64,000 bases of DNA from a virus (Duplodnaviria; Caudoviricetes), in the IMG/VR virus record IMGVR_UViG_3300047508_000144, positions 1,751 to 65,750 of that record; one strand, written 5' to 3'. Each line of letters opens with the position of its first letter. Positions within the stretch are counted from its first letter, which is position 1. The notes beneath the pieces were generated by a model that saw nothing but the letters and a program-made list of their open reading frames with translations, ran no database searches and was not told where the DNA came from. Below are positions 63,456 to 64,000 of this stretch, one piece after another. The position numbers were made by a program, and so were the translations under genes.

Positions 63456-64000
63456 TCACCCTAGAAAAGGAACGGACTTCTGGTCGATGCAATCACACTC
63501 TTGGTAGATCGCCTGCCGTATCTCAGACAACATCCTATCAACTGTTCGCCTTGGAAAATGTGCGGCCAGTTCACGCCACCTGCGATCACGCAGCATGTTG
63601 ATGATTGCAACCTTGGTAACGAACCCAGTCGGATCAGGTTTCTCCATAGTCATCTGCGAATAGACAATGAGCCATTGCCTGAATTCTTTGTAGCCGGTTT
63701 CGGCGAATGCTTGCTTGGCACGTTCACGATTGACAACAGGGATAGACCACGGCGTGATCTTGTCTGCCTTCCAGGTGTCATCGCGCGGTCGGAACGTAGT
63801 CTGGTCCAGTACCTTGTAGGTACGCCCATCAACCGTGACGGTGAAGTACTCGCTCCACTTCGACACGATCAGTTCAGTGGGCGTGCAGTGATTGGCGAAC
63901 GCGACCGTCGACTTCGTAGGATACACACAAATGGTGACCGAACTATCCTTGTGCCAAGTCACGATGGGGCGACCGTACAGCCGCAGAATAATATCTTCTG
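63456..64000 (-). CDS. Hypothetical protein, 5' end outside the window
   Basis: Frame stays open to the window edge (EDIILRLYGRPIVTWHK...). Confidence 0.65.
   Translation of the reverse strand, partial: EDIILRLYGRPIVTWHKDSSVTICVYPTKSTVAFANHCTPTELIVSKWSEYFTVTVDGRTYKVLDQTTFRPRDDTWKADKITPWSIPVVNRERAKQAFAETGYKEFRQWLIVYSQMTMEKPDPTGFVTKVAIINMLRDRRWRELAAHFPRRTVDRMLSEIRQAIYQECDCIDQKSVPFLG

Larger units (their letters stand above)
1..64000. mobile_element. Tailed dsDNA bacteriophage genome (most of it), podovirus-like organisation
   Basis: Terminase, portal, scaffold, capsid, giant internal protein, PolA, primase and helicase all present; no host housekeeping genes; no sheath or classical tape-measure/chaperone cassette recognised. 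Confidence 0.95.

Noticed and set aside
1-64000. Stop-codon reassignment or tRNA genes
   Set aside because: Core genes are intact in the standard code and no convincing cloverleaf was seen by eye; a tRNA scan would be needed to exclude it fully

Overview
The window holds most of the genome of a tailed dsDNA phage, probably podovirus-like, with genes truncated at both window edges. The host is probably an alphaproteobacterium; this is an inference from the GC-rich sequence, a VPGP-type PEP-CTERM-like sorting tail and a parS-type site. There are two arms. The + strand virion/packaging arm (15.4-51.9 kb) carries terS, a collagen fibre, terL, portal, scaffold, an N4-gp56-type major capsid protein, adaptor, a 2189-aa ejection-type protein, endolysin and fibre modules. 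The - strand early/replication arm (51.9-64 kb and 1-15 kb) carries primase-helicase, an SSB-like protein, SNF2 helicase, nucleases, an MT-A70 methylase, PolA, a MoxR/vWA pair, an Acb2-like protein, an amidase and many small ORFs. No integrase, recognisable repressor, tRNA, CRISPR array or reverse transcriptase was seen. The strongest unexplained signals are non-coding. (1) About 10 copies of a 21-bp palindrome, GGTGTTACAnnnTGTAACACC, lie mostly at gene junctions and only in the early/replication arm. (2) A ~77-bp inverted repeat with TGTGCC iterons surrounds an AT-rich core and is bracketed by two of those palindromes (candidate origin). (3) An isolated monocistronic gene next to it could encode the cognate binding protein. 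(4) A canonical bacterial parS sequence sits directly on the terL start. All protein calls come from motif recognition by eye; no database search was run.
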